Of a stretch of DNA of 64,000 nt, positions 60,331-64,000 are shown piece after piece. Position 1 is the stretch's first letter. Every line of letters begins with the position of its first letter. The translations under genes and the position numbers were made by a program. A model generated the notes under the pieces. It ran no database searches. It was not told the DNA's origin and was given only the letters and a program-made list of their open reading frames with translations. This DNA is from Octopus vulgaris. Lineage: Eukaryota. The stretch spans positions 90,954,001-91,018,000 of the forward strand of contig OX597824.1 of NCBI GenBank assembly GCA_951406725.2, read 5' to 3'.

Positions 60331-60349
60331 GCATTCATCCATGCATAGA

Positions 60350-61045
60350 TATGATAATGAAATTATTGTATACAGTGCTCAGGTGCACCACAACTTGTCA
60401 AAAGTGCATATAAAGCATATGCAGTAATGTACAAATGTCTGGGAAGTGAACAGTGTATGAGTCAGATACATGCTTGCATGTGTATGGAGGGGAGAAAATC
60501 AGGTGTAGTGTTGGGGAATCTCAGAAAGTATGGAAGTTTTGAAGGATGCAGTGCTCCGACAACTAACAACTGATGCCAGCAGTTTGTTCCATGCTTCAGC
60601 AGCTCTTCCGAAAGTCATGGGAGCTGTGCTTGACTTTGTAAACATGTCTGCGGGTGTTAGACAGGTGGAGTTTGAAAAGGTACTCAGAGTTATTGTTAGT
60701 AAGATGGTTAATAATTTTATGGGTGTCTGCTAAGTCAGCTGCCAGACGTCGGAGTTTCAATGTATCCATCCCAGGGAAGTAAAGTGTTCAGAATATGGCA
60801 AATGCCTGATGGAGGGTATTCTCTTAGTTGCATGTCGCTGAAAATTTGTTCCATACTTCAGTTTGTTCCATGCTTCAGCAACTCTTAGCATGAAAAAATG
60901 TTTCCAAAAGTCATGGGAGCTGTGCTGTTTTCTGACTTTGTAAACATGTCCACGGGTGTTAGACAGGTGGAGTTTGAAAAGGTGCTCAGAGTTATTGTTT
61001 GTAAGATGGTTAATAATTTTATGGGTGTCTGCCAAGTCAACTGCC
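60350..61045 (-). pseudogene. CR1/L2-type LINE 3' end, locally duplicated
   Basis: SNTRGHVYKVRKQH...KHFFMLRVAEAWNKL; two partial tandem copies; tail fragment also at 22165-22215. Confidence 0.7.
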
Positions 61046-61207
61046 TGGTGATATTTGGCAGGAAGTGTTTAGTTAATTAGAGGAAGGTGGAGTTTCCATT
61101 GGAAGTGCAGAAGTGACAAAATAACAGGTACAGTCTAAACATTATTAATCCACTTTCATCGGATCTTACATTTAACTTTGTGTCCTGTCTTCGATTTTCC
61201 TTGTCAG

Positions 61208-61300
61208 GTAGTTTTGAAGTTGTCAATGTTGACACGATGAATGAGGTTGCGTCGTACCATCACAGGAAAGAGGAAATATCAGACATCAAATTCTCACCAA
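61208..61300 (+). CDS. EML6: EML6-like exon 19 (absent from ORF track in this frame)
   Basis: tcag|GT; SFEVVNVDTMNEVASYHHRKEEISDIKFSP; donor GTAAGT. Confidence 0.93.
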
Positions 61301-62437
61301 GTAAGTAACTTCCTCTGTTTTTCGGGGGTCAGTGTGTGGTCTTACAGAGAGGAGGAAGGGTGGGGAGAGGTGGCGTGTTTTATAGGGATACTGAGGCATT
61401 ATGGGAGTTGGGTGCAGTGGGAGAACTGGTTTGTTAATGGAAACGTGTGAATGTCTGAATGATTTTGTCTTGAGATATTGGGACAAGGAGGAGGATAGGG
61501 TCCTGCCCCCTATGCCTGTATTGTGGGGGTTGCTACGTAGAGGAAAACTTGAATAGGTGCTGACACATTAGAAAGGCATGACTGTCACTTTATAGGGGAG
61601 ACAAATAATGCATTGTGGGAAGGACATGAATGATGCATTGTGGGAAAGGCTAGAATGACATCTTGTGGGAGAGGCTTCAATGACATATTGTTGGAAAGAA
61701 CATGAATGATACATGACAAAGGCATGAGTACCAAATTATAGAAAATGTATGGCTGACATATTCATTTCTACTCTAGGCACAAGGACCAAAATTTTGGGGT
61801 AAGAGGCCAGTTGATTAGATTGACCCCTGACTCCAAAAGGATGAAAGGTAAAGTCGACCTCAACAGAATTTGAACTCAGAACACAAAGACAGACGAAATA
61901 CCTATTTCTTTACTACACACAGAGGGGACAAACAAGGACAGACAAATGGATTAAGTCGATTACATCGACCACAGTGCGTAACTCGTACTTTATCTTGGCA
62001 CAAGGCCCAAAATTTGGGGGAAGAGGCCAGTTGATTAGATCGACCCCAGTACACAACTGGTACTTTATTTATTGACCCCCGAAAGGATGAAAGATAAAGT
62101 TGACATCAGTGGAATTTGAACTCCGAATGTAAAGACAGATGAAATACCGCTAAGCATTTCGCCCGCTGCATTAACGTTTCTGCCAGCTCGCTGCCTTATA
62201 TGGCTGACATATTATGAGACAAGTATGGCTGTTGCAATAACTCTTTTATTTCTCTCCTTTATGATATGAGGGGAGGACATAGGGGGCTGCTTTATAGGGA
62301 TACAAGGGAACAATATCGAAATTGCTGAAGGGCCAGTGCCTTTGGGGTGATATTGACAATGAATGTCAGAACGTAAATCATTTAACTTTTCCATCTTCTT
62401 CATAAAATACAACAATGGTAGAAGTATTAGCTTCATA

Positions 62438-62865
62438 GGATCCTTTCGGTTTGAATGGCAGTTTTTTTTAATAATTTCCACGTAACTAAACACTTTTAAA
62501 CTTCGTATACTGGTAGAATGTGTTTATAAAACATCATTTTCTCTTGGCTTTATTGAGAAAGTACTATAGTTTGTAAGATATTTGTTGTTTTTTTCTTCAA
62601 TTTCTGCAATTTCAACCAATCAATGACGTCTATTGAGGTGAAAACATTCTGTGCTGCATGAATATGTCCCTCGTTTAAGAAACAGATTGGGTTTATTTAC
62701 ATTTCTGAAGAAAAAAGATACCCTTCCCCTCACCCCTAAACCTAAAACCTAACCCTAACCCTAAAACAAATTGAAATGCAATAGATCGATACTAGGGTCA
62801 TAATTATGGGGTATAATTTCATATGACACCGCCAGAAAAAACTGCCGTTCAAACCGAAAAGATCC
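62438..62865. mobile_element. MITE with about 30-bp TIRs, 8-bp TSD and internal CCTAA repeats
   Basis: GGATCCTTTCGGTTTGAATGGCAGTTTTTT / AAAAAACTGCCGTTCAAACCGAAAAGATCC; flanks GCTTCATA/GCTTCGTA. Confidence 0.8.
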
Positions 62866-62936
62866 GCTTCGTATGAGGAATTTCAGGCACAGTTACCATT
62901 TACCAAATTTCACTCAAATTTCAATGCTTCAGTTGA

Positions 62937-63350
<414 letters not shown>

Positions 63351-63666
63351 TGATTAAAAAATCAAGAATTGTATTTATTTTGTATGTAATGAAAAGATTT
63401 TTTAAATTCCAATCACTCACACACAAACACACACACAGACAGTAATACACACACACACACACACACACACATACAGTAATACACACACACACACACATGC
63501 TCTGACACACACTCATGCACTCTCTCTCTCTCTCACACACACAAACACACACACACACTCATGCTCTCTCTCACACACACACATACAGTCATGTTCTCTC
63601 TCTCTCTCTCTCTTACACACACACAACTACATTCCCTCTCTCTCACACACACACATGCTCACTCAT

Positions 63667-63716
<50 letters not shown>

Positions 63717-63941
63717 TCTCTCTCTCTCTCACACACACACACCCATACTCTCTCTCTCTCACACACACACCCACCCACACTCTCTCTCACACACACCCAC
63801 CCATACTCTCTCTCTCTCACACACACATGCACACACACATACAATCATCTCTCTCTCTCACAAACACACATAATCCTCTCTCATCCTTTTTGTTTGTTTC
63901 TTTTTATATTTTCTAATATTTGCTTTTTTTTTTCGCTCCAG

Positions 63942-64000
63942 GTAGAGTCATAATGGTAAACTCTGGTGCCAGAGAACAACTGTTTTTCGAAGCTCCAAGA
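63942..64000 (+). CDS. EML6: EML6-like exon 21 (cut by window edge)
   Basis: ccag|GT; RVIMVNSGAREQLFFEAPR. Confidence 0.9.

Overview
Repeat-saturated animal genomic DNA; the SINE families and microsatellite load point to an octopod cephalopod (inference). The only supportable host gene is an EML5/EML6-type echinoderm microtubule-associated protein-like gene (HELP + WD40 TAPE domains) on the + strand. I traced 21 phase-consistent GT-AG exons from ATG 24018 to the window edge (3471 nt, 1157 codons, 3'-incomplete). The rest is three tRNA-derived SINE families, a fourth SINE-like family, mariner, hAT, Tc2-like and Helitron remnants, R4/Dong, CR1 and RTE fragments, and microsatellites. Nearly all ORF-track entries are microsatellite artefacts. 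The best hidden signals are: (i) minimal type-I hammerhead ribozymes in short Penelope/retrozyme-like inserts, two apparently intact and one decayed; (ii) foldback elements, one with a strand-biased G-U pattern and a short motif shared with the hammerhead element; (iii) a SINE that recurs as fixed-junction 184-bp concatemers; (iv) codons that A-to-I editing would return to conserved EML residues; (v) RFX X-box-like motifs; (vi) a CpG-decay boundary near 27 kb. All analysis was by eye. Exon boundaries are exact, repeat boundaries are approximate.
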